Shown: positions 18,577 to 26,366 of the stretch, piece by piece
Layout of the letters: every line of letters starts with the position of its first letter
Numbering within the stretch: the stretch's first letter is position 1
Source of the DNA: a virus
Taxonomy: Duplodnaviria > Caudoviricetes
DNA: 43,572 bases
Reading direction: 5' to 3' (one strand)
IMG/VR virus record: IMGVR_UViG_3300017777_002171
Coordinates: 1-43,572 of that record
The notes under the pieces: generated by a model
The model's input: the letters and a program-made list of their open reading frames with translations, nothing else
Databases searched by the model: none
Told to the model about the DNA's origin: nothing
Translations under genes and position numbers: made by a program

Positions 18577-18603
18577 AATCCCTATGAGCGAGTGTAATCA
18601 TGT

Positions 18604-18632
18604 ATTATATATGGCTTATCGGCGGATGTCAA
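18604..18632 (-). promoter_or_regulatory. sigma70-type promoter of the speD-glycosyltransferase operon
   Basis: TTGACA-17nt-TATAAT perfect consensus. Confidence 0.85.
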
Positions 18633-18824
18633 GCGAAATGTCGATCACCGCGACACGTCGTCAAAACACGTCGAAAAATTAGGAAACTATCGACACATGG
18701 TCTTCCGCGTTATGCTCAAACTTTTGGAAGATGTTCACCTGAGGGACCTTGCCGGCATATAGGCCACCATATTCCACGCGGTTCAATCACTTCTCGAAGC
18801 CGACGGCGTAGTTCGCAGTCAATT

Positions 18825-19370
18825 CTACGCTCCTGTTGAACCAAAGCCGCCGACTCGATTGCCCTTCTGAGAAGGTGCAATATTCGTGTCGATCAGAAGG
18901 GGACGAACCATCGGAACCAGCTCGGCCTGTGCAAGGCGTGTTAGATGGGGAATGCGGACTGTCATTCCAACGTCGACCACGGCGGTGAACAGAAGGAAAG
19001 ACTCCTGCGTATAGTCCGCATCGATCACACCTTCTGAGTTGGGCTGAATGAGCCCATACTTGAGACCGGTAGACGAACGGGGATGAACGCGGAGAGAGAA
19101 TCCTTCTGGGACGTCGAAGATCAGCCCTGTCGGCAGCATGTAGATATACCCAGGAAGTAGGACGAGATCCTTGCCATCGTTCAAATAAAATTCATGCTTG
19201 ACTCCATGACGCCATGCTGTCACATATTCCTTCCCGGCAGCACAGTACGCCAGATCAAAGCAAGCTGCCTGATCAGTGCCATACGCAGGTGACGGAACAT
19301 CTGGGTGAGTTTTGAAGAACTTGAGGGTGGGTGCTTTGGTAGTGCCGCATTCACAATTTTTACAAGCCAT
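18825..19370 (-). CDS. dut: Trimeric dUTPase
   Basis: AACFDL, PRSS, GVIDADY, RLAQ, RVGGFGSTG; start at ATG 19370 with GGAG SD. Confidence 0.92.
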   Translation of the reverse strand: MACKNCECGTTKAPTLKFFKTHPDVPSPAYGTDQAACFDLAYCAAGKEYVTAWRHGVKHEFYLNDGKDLVLLPGYIYMLPTGLIFDVPEGFSLRVHPRSSTGLKYGLIQPNSEGVIDADYTQESFLLFTAVVDVGMTVRIPHLTRLAQAELVPMVRPLLIDTNIAPSQKGNRVGGFGSTGA

Positions 19371-19386
19371 AACGAATCTCCATTGT

Positions 19387-19788
19387 TTATTCAGGCTTCT
19401 TCTTGCCGATGGCGTACTTGGATACAAGCTGCCAATTTGCTTTGTCCTTGAATGCCAAAATCTTGATCTGGCTCAGGGGCGTTGTAGGTTCACGAGTTTT
19501 GTTCTTGTTCACAATCTTGAACAGATTCCATTCATCCAGGAGATTGGCGATTGTATTGCGACGTGCAATGTCGTTTTCTCCGAAGTTTGTAGGTCTGCCG
19601 TCTAGAGCAAAAAGCTCCTTGAAGTGTACGAGATAGTATCGACCCTGCTTATGCAGGATATGGCATGATTGGTAGACCGTCTGATCTTTCTTGGATGCCA
19701 CACCAATTCTGGTTAGTGTTTCCTTAACCTTTAGGAAGTCGTCAGGCTGACTTAGCAGCACCTCGACCATGTCCTCTACGGTCCACAT
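19387..19788 (-). CDS. regA: RegA translational repressor
   Basis: DFLKVKETLTRIGVAS, QSCHILHKQGRYYLVHFKELF. Confidence 0.96.
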   Translation of the reverse strand: MWTVEDMVEVLLSQPDDFLKVKETLTRIGVASKKDQTVYQSCHILHKQGRYYLVHFKELFALDGRPTNFGENDIARRNTIANLLDEWNLFKIVNKNKTREPTTPLSQIKILAFKDKANWQLVSKYAIGKKKPE

Positions 19789-20167
19789 TTTTACTCACTC
19801 CACCTTTGTCCGTTCTTATTCTTATTTCATCAAGCTGATCAGCGGTGAGGATCCAGAGGGCATCGCGGGCTTTCGCTTTAGACAACCCATAATACTCCTG
19901 AACCAACTCAATATCGGCAAGTGTTTCCTTTTTGACCCAAGGAACAAACTTCCGCTTATACGCTCGAATACTATTTAGCGCATAGGCATATTGCATAGCC
20001 GCAGGGAGCCAGTGGAGTCGGTTTAGCTCTGCGACGTGCAAGATGCAGTCAACGTGATACGATAGGCCGCGGTTGACCAAGAAGGCATTGTAGTCTTTTT
20101 CGTCATCCAGGACGTGCTTCTTGGTGACCAGGATCGACGGGAGGATATCCTTGAATATTTCAGCCAT
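19742..20167 (-). CDS. 62: Clamp loader small subunit gp62
   Basis: YNAFLVNRGLS, RKFVPW, EYYGLS..KA; position just upstream of regA. Confidence 0.9.
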   Translation of the reverse strand: MAEIFKDILPSILVTKKHVLDDEKDYNAFLVNRGLSYHVDCILHVAELNRLHWLPAAMQYAYALNSIRAYKRKFVPWVKKETLADIELVQEYYGLSKAKARDALWILTADQLDEIRIRTDKGGVSKNVDRRGHGRGAAKSA

Positions 20168-20649
20168 CAGTATTCCGTTACGGTATATTGGGACAGGAGA
20201 TCCTGTGTTTCAATAGGAAGTTTATGAATGAGTCGGACTGCTGGTTGATTTATAGCGACAGCATACATTTCTTTGTTTTTCCAAGGACCCCTCTTTGGGA
20301 AAAATGAGGTATAAACAAACGCCTTTGAATCGACTTCAAATACACAGCCATCATATGCATAACTGACGCCCTTTACAGGGGCAGCAATAAAGAACAGTCT
20401 GTCCACCTTTGAACATTTTTCAAGTTGGTTTGGCTTGAAGGTAAAGGCGTTTTTATACCTGTATGGGCCTTGTGTTTTTACCTCGGCCTTGAGGCCATCT
20501 ATCAAAAGATCCTTCTTTCTATCATATGGATCCAAAGCTGGTTCTACTGTATTACCAAGCCTAGAGAAATGTCCAATAATGAAATTCTGACCGATGTTCC
20601 CCAAATGGGCATTCTTTTCCGTTCGGCTCAACTCGCTTCGGTATTTCAT
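20167..20649 (-). CDS. PD-(D/E)XK-like nuclease inserted between genes 44 and 62
   Basis: KDLLIDG...AEVKT motif; AT-richer than neighbours; start at ATG 20649. Confidence 0.55.
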   Translation of the reverse strand: MKYRSELSRTEKNAHLGNIGQNFIIGHFSRLGNTVEPALDPYDRKKDLLIDGLKAEVKTQGPYRYKNAFTFKPNQLEKCSKVDRLFFIAAPVKGVSYAYDGCVFEVDSKAFVYTSFFPKRGPWKNKEMYAVAINQPAVRLIHKLPIETQDLLSQYTVTEY

Positions 20650-21578
20650 TTGAAGTCGCATTCCATCATGAGGACCGTGAGCATCGCGGTCGTATTGATG
20701 TCGGGATCGGGGACTGCCGTGCCCCTGAACTGCCATTCACCAAGAACCACGACGGCCTGTGGGATCGACTCAGGCTTCAGGATTTCATATAGCCCATCGA
20801 AGATCGCTCGATAGAGCTTTGCATGATCCATATCGCCGTTGAGGGCGACCCACTTTCGCATCGCTCCAAAGTCCTTGTTTTTCAAATAGCTAACAAGTTC
20901 CTTGATCGTTACGTCCGAAAGCTGGGCCAGGATCCCAATGTCAATGGAACCCTGAGCAGAGTACCGCTGGAGCTCATTGAGTGTGCGGCGATAGTCGGGG
21001 AAATGCTTACCGATGACTTCGGCGAGAACCTTCTTATCAAAGGTCACGCCTTCTTCATTCAGGATCATGGAGAGCCGCTTCATGAGCTGGCCTGCCATGA
21101 CAGGCTTCTCATCATTCTTGAGCTTGAACTCGATTACGGCGCAGCGCGAATGGATCGCTTCGATAATGCGAGCCTTGTGGTTGCAGGTGAAGATGAAGGA
21201 GCAATTGATGGCAAACTCCTCGAGGGCGCCGCGGAGACCAGACTGGAGGTCTGGCGTCATGTTGTCGGCCTCGTCAATGATAATGACTTTGCGGCCGCCC
21301 GTGAAGGACACAGAGGAGGCGTATTGGGTGATCTTGGTTCGCAGCGTGTCGATACCACGCTCCTGTGAACCATTGAGCAACATGAAGTCGCAGCCAATCA
21401 TGTCACAGATGGCCGAGGCAGCCGTGGTCTTGCCGACACCTGGGGTGCCAGTGAAGATCAGATTAGGCACATTCTTCTGTGCCACAAATTCGGTGAGGGT
21501 CTTCTTGAGGTGATCAGGAAGGATACAGTCCTCTATCGTGTGAGGGCGGTACTTCTCTGTCCAGAGGAATTGATCCAT
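20646..21578 (-). CDS. 44: Clamp loader ATPase subunit gp44
   Basis: LWTEKYRP, GTPGVGKTT, IIDEAD, HSRC, FPDYRR. Confidence 0.96.
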   Translation of the reverse strand: MDQFLWTEKYRPHTIEDCILPDHLKKTLTEFVAQKNVPNLIFTGTPGVGKTTAASAICDMIGCDFMLLNGSQERGIDTLRTKITQYASSVSFTGGRKVIIIDEADNMTPDLQSGLRGALEEFAINCSFIFTCNHKARIIEAIHSRCAVIEFKLKNDEKPVMAGQLMKRLSMILNEEGVTFDKKVLAEVIGKHFPDYRRTLNELQRYSAQGSIDIGILAQLSDVTIKELVSYLKNKDFGAMRKWVALNGDMDHAKLYRAIFDGLYEILKPESIPQAVVVLGEWQFRGTAVPDPDINTTAMLTVLMMECDFK

Positions 21579-21596
21579 AATATAGAGCCTTTCAAG

Positions 21597-21842
21597 TTAT
21601 TCATCGTGCCAGTAGAGTTGGAACACTACGGCCATAGCAAAGCGGGTGAGCCACCGAGGTTTGTGACCCAGATGGATCGACATATTGGAATATCCGACCT
21701 TATAGTGACCGACAGAGGATGCCGGGGGAGGGGATATTTCAAACTCGGGGAATATGATCGGAGCGGGGAGATTGGACATAATGATCATAGTAGGAGAGGT
21801 GTTGGCCTCTCCTACATAGTGCCCTCCCTTTTTATCGGTCAT
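21597..21842 (-). CDS. Hypothetical protein
   Basis: ATGA-coupled 81-aa ORF inside the operon. Confidence 0.5.
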   Translation of the reverse strand: MTDKKGGHYVGEANTSPTMIIMSNLPAPIIFPEFEISPPPASSVGHYKVGYSNMSIHLGHKPRWLTRFAMAVVFQLYWHDE

Positions 21843-22129
21843 TCACCTGAACGACCAGCGATATCCTCATAAAGGCTCTGGAAGTCCTGATTTTCTGCGA
21901 CCTCGAGGTCGAAGTCACGATTGAAATGCGTCTTGGCGAGGCGGCGAATGAGTTTCTTGCTCAATAGCGTGTCTTCGGAGACCTTGGCGACGATGGTCTT
22001 GATGAGGTCTGCTTCGGCAGACTTGCGCGTCATGGAGTCATTGATTTCGTCCAATGAAGCCTTGAGCTTTTTCTTCTGGTCTACCGTCAGTTGCGGCGCA
22101 CCAGAGTTTGATCCAATACCTGCGGTCAT
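21839..22129 (-). CDS. T4 DsbA-like double-stranded DNA-binding protein
   Basis: Helical basic protein EINDSMTR..AEADLIK...KKLIRRLAKTHF...LYE. Confidence 0.7.
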   Translation of the reverse strand: MTAGIGSNSGAPQLTVDQKKKLKASLDEINDSMTRKSAEADLIKTIVAKVSEDTLLSKKLIRRLAKTHFNRDFDLEVAENQDFQSLYEDIAGRSGE

Positions 22130-22138
22130 ATGTTTTCC

Positions 22139-22450
22139 TTACGTTGCTCGTGTCGTGTCTCGGTACTTGCTGGTCTCACCACCGCGCTCGACCTTTACCT
22201 GGTGAATGCGGTGAGGTGGGTACCAGACAAGGTCTTCCGAATCGAATGGGGTGTGTCGATATCCGCCAGCGATGATAGCCGCGGCATGTTCACGCCCCTT
22301 CATGGGATCGTCTACATGATACTCGAAAACGAGTCCGTTGTCAAGATATACTTCGACGCGAGACCTATTGGCACGATAGTTATAGATCATGGTTTCTACA
22401 GTTTGTGTTTGGCCGGGTGCCGACGGAGATTCCAAGGGCTCAGCCACCAT
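22139..22450 (-). CDS. Hypothetical protein
   Basis: ORF overlapping the gp45 end; start uncertain. Confidence 0.6.
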   Translation of the reverse strand: MVAEPLESPSAPGQTQTVETMIYNYRANRSRVEVYLDNGLVFEYHVDDPMKGREHAAAIIAGGYRHTPFDSEDLVWYPPHRIHQVKVERGGETSKYRDTTRAT

Positions 22451-23114
22451 TCTTCTTCTCCGTGGCGATCCAATAGGTCAGCGTGTCATCTGCGTTTGTG
22501 AGCTTCACGACACCCTTGTGAGATACGACAACCTTATAGGTGTTGCCCATAATCTTCATGTTTTCGGTGCGAAGGGTAGCCTTGAAGTCTTCGACACCAG
22601 GGGCTTCACCGACGGCGAAGCGCAGAACGTTCGCGGCGTCATTCTGGAGGTCGACTGCCGAAACGAAAAGCTTGTTCTCGGATACTTCAATGACAAGCTG
22701 GGGAGCCTGAAGGACACCAGCGGCTCGCTGGATGTGGTTGAGGTCATCCGCCGAAAGCTCGAATACCAGGTCTTCCGCTGGGAGAACAATGTCCCTCTCG
22801 GGTGGCGTGATGATCAGGTTCTTTTCGGTATAGCGATAGTGAATGTGCGAGCGTCCACCGAAGCCAGAGATTGCCATCTCCTTTTCGTGAAACTCAACCT
22901 CGGCGCCTTCCTTATACATCGAAATGACGCCAAGGAAATTGGTGAGGTCGTAGATGGCAAATTCGACGGGGAACTTCTCGGCGACCTTTGCCTTGGCGAC
23001 GATGTTCTTCTGTGGGGAGATTGTGTGGAGGACATCACCTTTCTTGACGGCGATGCCAGTATTGATGGTGGCGAAGTTCTTTAGGACTTCGATTGTCTCA
23101 TTAGAGATTTTCAT
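22440..23114 (-). CDS. 45: Sliding clamp gp45
   Basis: MKISNETIEVLKNFATIN, FAIYDLTNFL, YWIATE. Confidence 0.95.
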   Translation of the reverse strand: MKISNETIEVLKNFATINTGIAVKKGDVLHTISPQKNIVAKAKVAEKFPVEFAIYDLTNFLGVISMYKEGAEVEFHEKEMAISGFGGRSHIHYRYTEKNLIITPPERDIVLPAEDLVFELSADDLNHIQRAAGVLQAPQLVIEVSENKLFVSAVDLQNDAANVLRFAVGEAPGVEDFKATLRTENMKIMGNTYKVVVSHKGVVKLTNADDTLTYWIATEKKNGG

Positions 23115-23149
23115 GGTATAGACCTTTCACGTCAATTCAAATTTTGTAT

Positions 23150-23178
23150 AGTATACGCTAAAGCTTTGTCTTTGTCAA
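23150..23178 (-). promoter_or_regulatory. sigma70-type promoter for gp45
   Basis: TTGACA-17nt-TATACT. Confidence 0.75.
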
Positions 23179-23793
23179 GAGAGAAACGAGGCCGGCCACT
23201 CTATATTTTAGGTCTGCCAGAGTGGTATCGTTGTCGATCAGAAAGTCGATATCCTGGCCGATCCATGCCCACTCGGAGTAATGAACCGGGGGCTGGGGCA
23301 TTTCTTTCTTCGCTTCTGGTGAAGCATTGTTGTAGTCGAGTGCCTGCTCGAACCAATCGGGATTGGGCCCGCGCTGCACTAGGACGATGTGCCCTCCGAG
23401 AGAACGCAAATACCGAATTTCGTTCGGAAAGCGAACGTCTGTGATTACCACATTCTGCTGCGCTTCTGTGATGCGCTTACCACAGGACGCAACCCATAGG
23501 TCTTCACCAAAGACATTGCGTCCGGCTTCTGTCCCAAGGTATTGCATCATCAGGCGCGGGGTGACCTCGTATCCGAGAGTCTTGGTCCAGAACAGATCCA
23601 CCTTCTCTCGGAATAAACGAGATTCTTCCGTGTCACCTTCGAGTAGGGCCCTGTCCCATCCGAACATATTGGCACAAGCGTCTTTTAGGGATCGTGCAAA
23701 ATTATCACGAGCGAAGCCATGCTTTTCAACAAGGATATCGCCGACGGTGTTTTTGCCTGATCCAATGAACCCGATAACACCAATGATCTGCAT
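23158..23793 (-). CDS. Deoxynucleoside monophosphate kinase (T4 gp1-like)
   Basis: IIGVIGFIGSGKNT, TPRLMMQYLGTE, VITDVRFPNE; start at ATG 23793. Confidence 0.9.
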   Translation of the reverse strand: MQIIGVIGFIGSGKNTVGDILVEKHGFARDNFARSLKDACANMFGWDRALLEGDTEESRLFREKVDLFWTKTLGYEVTPRLMMQYLGTEAGRNVFGEDLWVASCGKRITEAQQNVVITDVRFPNEIRYLRSLGGHIVLVQRGPNPDWFEQALDYNNASPEAKKEMPQPPVHYSEWAWIGQDIDFLIDNDTTLADLKYRVAGLVSLLTKTKL

Positions 23794-24608
23794 TAGATTT
23801 TTCCGGTTAGTGCTGCGATGCGAGGAAGATCGCCCGTGAAGGCGTATGTTCCAATGTGCTGCGTCTTCATCCAAGGGCACAGCCAAATCTTGATATCGAT
23901 CTTGCGGCACATCTGACAGAAGAAATAGTCTTCTGAGAGATAGCGTTCCGACTCACCAGGAGCATTTGGACCGCGGTCAATGATCGTGTCGAAATACGCA
24001 TGGATATAGCGCGTACCATCGAACATTGGATTGCCGTTGTGGTCGGGCTTGTATCGATAATCTGGGTAGGCATCTTCAAATTTCTTGAAGACTTCCCGCT
24101 TGATCATCATCATGCCAGTGCCGATTTCCATGACCTCAAGAGGGTCAAGGACCGAGAACTGTTGCGTGCCGGCGACGGGGTTGAATACAAACTCACCGAT
24201 CAGACCTTCAAGATCACCCGCAGACATTCCTGGGTTGCGCTTGACGGCATCGAAGATGTTGTTCCAATTGATGGACTTCTTTGGGTATGGTGCGCCGATG
24301 ATATCCTTGTCGAGCGCCAGAAGCGTGAGGATATCCTGCGGGTTGAAATGGATGTCCGAGTCAATGAACAGAAGGTGTGTGAACCCTTCGGCGCGCAGAA
24401 ATTCATCCACGAGATAGTTGCGCGCTCGGGTGATCAGAGATTCGTTGAATAGGAAGGAAAATCGAGTTTCGATACCGTATTGCGCGAGAAGCGCCTGGGC
24501 ATCTAGTGCGGACTTACAGTAGAGTCCGTGGTTCATGCCGCCGTACATTGGTGTGGCGACGAAAATCTTGTTCTTACGTAGTTCTTCAATAGACGTTTCA
24601 ATTTGCAT
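23793..24608 (-). CDS. GT-A fold glycosyltransferase-like protein
   Basis: FVATPMYGG, NESLITRARN, LFIDSDI (DxD), LSEDYFFC. Confidence 0.7.
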   Translation of the reverse strand: MQIETSIEELRKNKIFVATPMYGGMNHGLYCKSALDAQALLAQYGIETRFSFLFNESLITRARNYLVDEFLRAEGFTHLLFIDSDIHFNPQDILTLLALDKDIIGAPYPKKSINWNNIFDAVKRNPGMSAGDLEGLIGEFVFNPVAGTQQFSVLDPLEVMEIGTGMMMIKREVFKKFEDAYPDYRYKPDHNGNPMFDGTRYIHAYFDTIIDRGPNAPGESERYLSEDYFFCQMCRKIDIKIWLCPWMKTQHIGTYAFTGDLPRIAALTGKI

Positions 24609-24677
24609 CGCAAAGTCACTCCAGCTAAAATTGTGTAATCATGCTCTTGTTATATATAGCAGGAATCATGAGCCGCA

Positions 24678-24714
24678 GAAATAAAGAGGGAACGGAGTTT
24701 CCCCCATTCCCTCT
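24678..24714 (-). terminator. Rho-independent terminator
   Basis: AGAGGGAAUGGGG-GAAA-CUCCGUUCCCUCU stem with GNRA loop, followed by UUAUUUC. Confidence 0.75.
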
Positions 24715-24732
24715 AGACGCTATGCGCTGCGG

Positions 24733-24990
24733 TTAGGCAGACTTGCGGGCCTTGTTGCTGCGCTTGGCAGTGCCCATGCGATACACGGCAACCTTGGAGC
24801 CGTCGAAGCGGCGCTTGGTGTTCGTGTAGATCGGCCAGCCGGCCTGGCGGAGCTCGGCGATGCGTGCCGAAACATTCTTCACGCCAAAACGCTGGCGAGC
24901 CTGGGCTACGCTGAAGGTGTCATAAACACCGTTGCCGGCGAAGCCGAGGAATGTGTCGAGCATACGCTCTTTTGCGGGGGTTCGTTCCAT
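24733..24990 (-). CDS. Small winged-HTH-like DNA-binding protein
   Basis: ARQRFGVKNVSARIAELRQAGWPI; GGAGA SD before ATG 24990; has its own promoter and terminator. Confidence 0.65.
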   Translation of the reverse strand: MERTPAKERMLDTFLGFAGNGVYDTFSVAQARQRFGVKNVSARIAELRQAGWPIYTNTKRRFDGSKVAVYRMGTAKRSNKARKSA

Positions 24991-25049
24991 AGTATCATTC
25001 TCCAATTAGTTTAGTGTCAAAACACGGTCTTTATCCGTATTGTGCAAGT

Positions 25050-25078
25050 ATTATACTCGCATTAAGGGCCTTTGTCAA
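25050..25078 (-). promoter_or_regulatory. sigma70-type promoter
   Basis: TTGACA-17nt-TATAAT with an A-rich UP element upstream. Confidence 0.85.
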
Positions 25079-25096
25079 GTCCTTTTTTTCCTTTTT

Positions 25097-26323
25097 TCAG
25101 AAGGAAACTTTCGTGTTGGCGCTGTCAGGGGCAGCCTGCTTCGCCAATTCCGTTTCGCCAGAGACCTTCGTGTAAAGGTCCATGAACGCCGCCTTCGTTT
25201 CGTTGTCGAAGCGAGACAGGCACAGATTGATTGCCAGCATCTTGTTCTTGTTGAAGATGTTGTAGGCCTCGCAGACGTGTACCAGACGACGGGTCGAAAT
25301 GAGGTCAGACACGGCGCCATCGTTGTAGGAACGACGGATGATATCAGCCCACTTGACCATCAGGTCCACAAACTCCGTGGCACCGGCGTCATTGGCATCC
25401 ACCAGGTGTCGGAGGATACGGCGCTCGACCGTGGTCGACGGGTATTCCTGCTCCATCGTGATGGCGAAGCGTTCTAGGAACGCCTCATTCAGAACGTTGG
25501 TGCCGATAAACTTGCCGTCGTCAGAGCCGCGGCCCTTCGTGTTGGCAGTAGCAATGATCGTGAAGCCCTCGGCAGGAATGATCTGGCGACCAATCTTCTT
25601 GAGGAATATCGCCCGACCTTCGAGCACGGGCTGAAGGCACATGATCTTGTTGGATGCCAAGTCGATTTCGTCCAGCAGCAGGACTGCGCCGCGCTCCATG
25701 GCAGTCACGACAGGGCCGTTGTGCCACACGGTTTCGCCGTTCACCAGGCGGAAGCCGCCCAGAAGATCATCCTCGTCGGTTTCGATGGTGATGTTGACGC
25801 GGATCATTTCACGACCAGCGGTCGCACAGGTCTGCTCGACCATCATCGTCTTGCCGTTGCCGGACAGACCGGTAACGAAGATCGGGTAGAACAGCTTCGA
25901 CTTCACGACGGCAAGGACGTTATCGAAGTGGCCAAACTTGACGTAGGTCCTGACCCGACCCGGAATCAGGTCACCGAAGGCGACCTTGGCGATGGTCTCA
26001 TTGTCCACGGCAAGGCGCACGGGCTGGCGACCGACCATGTTCGGAATCTCCGACTCGACTGCCGGAGCAGGGGCGGCCTTCACGGCGCGCTCAGGACGCT
26101 TCGGCTCACCCGTCATGCAATCCGGCATACGATAGACGCCACGGGAAACGCGGTAGGCCTGGTCATTCAGGAGCCACCAGGGCTTTTCGATGCCGTGGTT
26201 GTCGATCAGCGACACAATCGATTGCCGATCAATCTCTGCGATATTCGGGCCATAGACCTGGCGAACGATCTCCACGAACGCCTTCTGCTTCTGATTGAGT
26301 TCCATGATATAAGTCTCTTTCAC
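25097..26323 (-). CDS. CobS/MoxR-like AAA+ ATPase
   Basis: GLSGNGKT, LLLDEID, ATANTKGRG, NEAFLERF, ISTRRL; start may be ATG 26305. Confidence 0.9.
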   Translation of the reverse strand: MKETYIMELNQKQKAFVEIVRQVYGPNIAEIDRQSIVSLIDNHGIEKPWWLLNDQAYRVSRGVYRMPDCMTGEPKRPERAVKAAPAPAVESEIPNMVGRQPVRLAVDNETIAKVAFGDLIPGRVRTYVKFGHFDNVLAVVKSKLFYPIFVTGLSGNGKTMMVEQTCATAGREMIRVNITIETDEDDLLGGFRLVNGETVWHNGPVVTAMERGAVLLLDEIDLASNKIMCLQPVLEGRAIFLKKIGRQIIPAEGFTIIATANTKGRGSDDGKFIGTNVLNEAFLERFAITMEQEYPSTTVERRILRHLVDANDAGATEFVDLMVKWADIIRRSYNDGAVSDLISTRRLVHVCEAYNIFNKNKMLAINLCLSRFDNETKAAFMDLYTKVSGETELAKQAAPDSANTKVSF

Positions 26324-26337
26324 GATTGTAGATGTGG

Positions 26338-26366
26338 ATTATACTCGATTTCCAGTGGAAAGTCAA
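26338..26366 (-). promoter_or_regulatory. sigma70-type promoter
   Basis: TTGACT-17nt-TATAAT. Confidence 0.78.

Noticed and set aside
18700-18824. Possible tRNA in the intergenic gap
   Set aside because: No cloverleaf with T-loop GTTCRA and acceptor stem recognisable by eye; tRNAscan-SE would settle it.
19742-19788. gp62/regA 47-nt overlap as a fusion or error
   Set aside because: Both proteins are complete and regA has its own GGAG SD.
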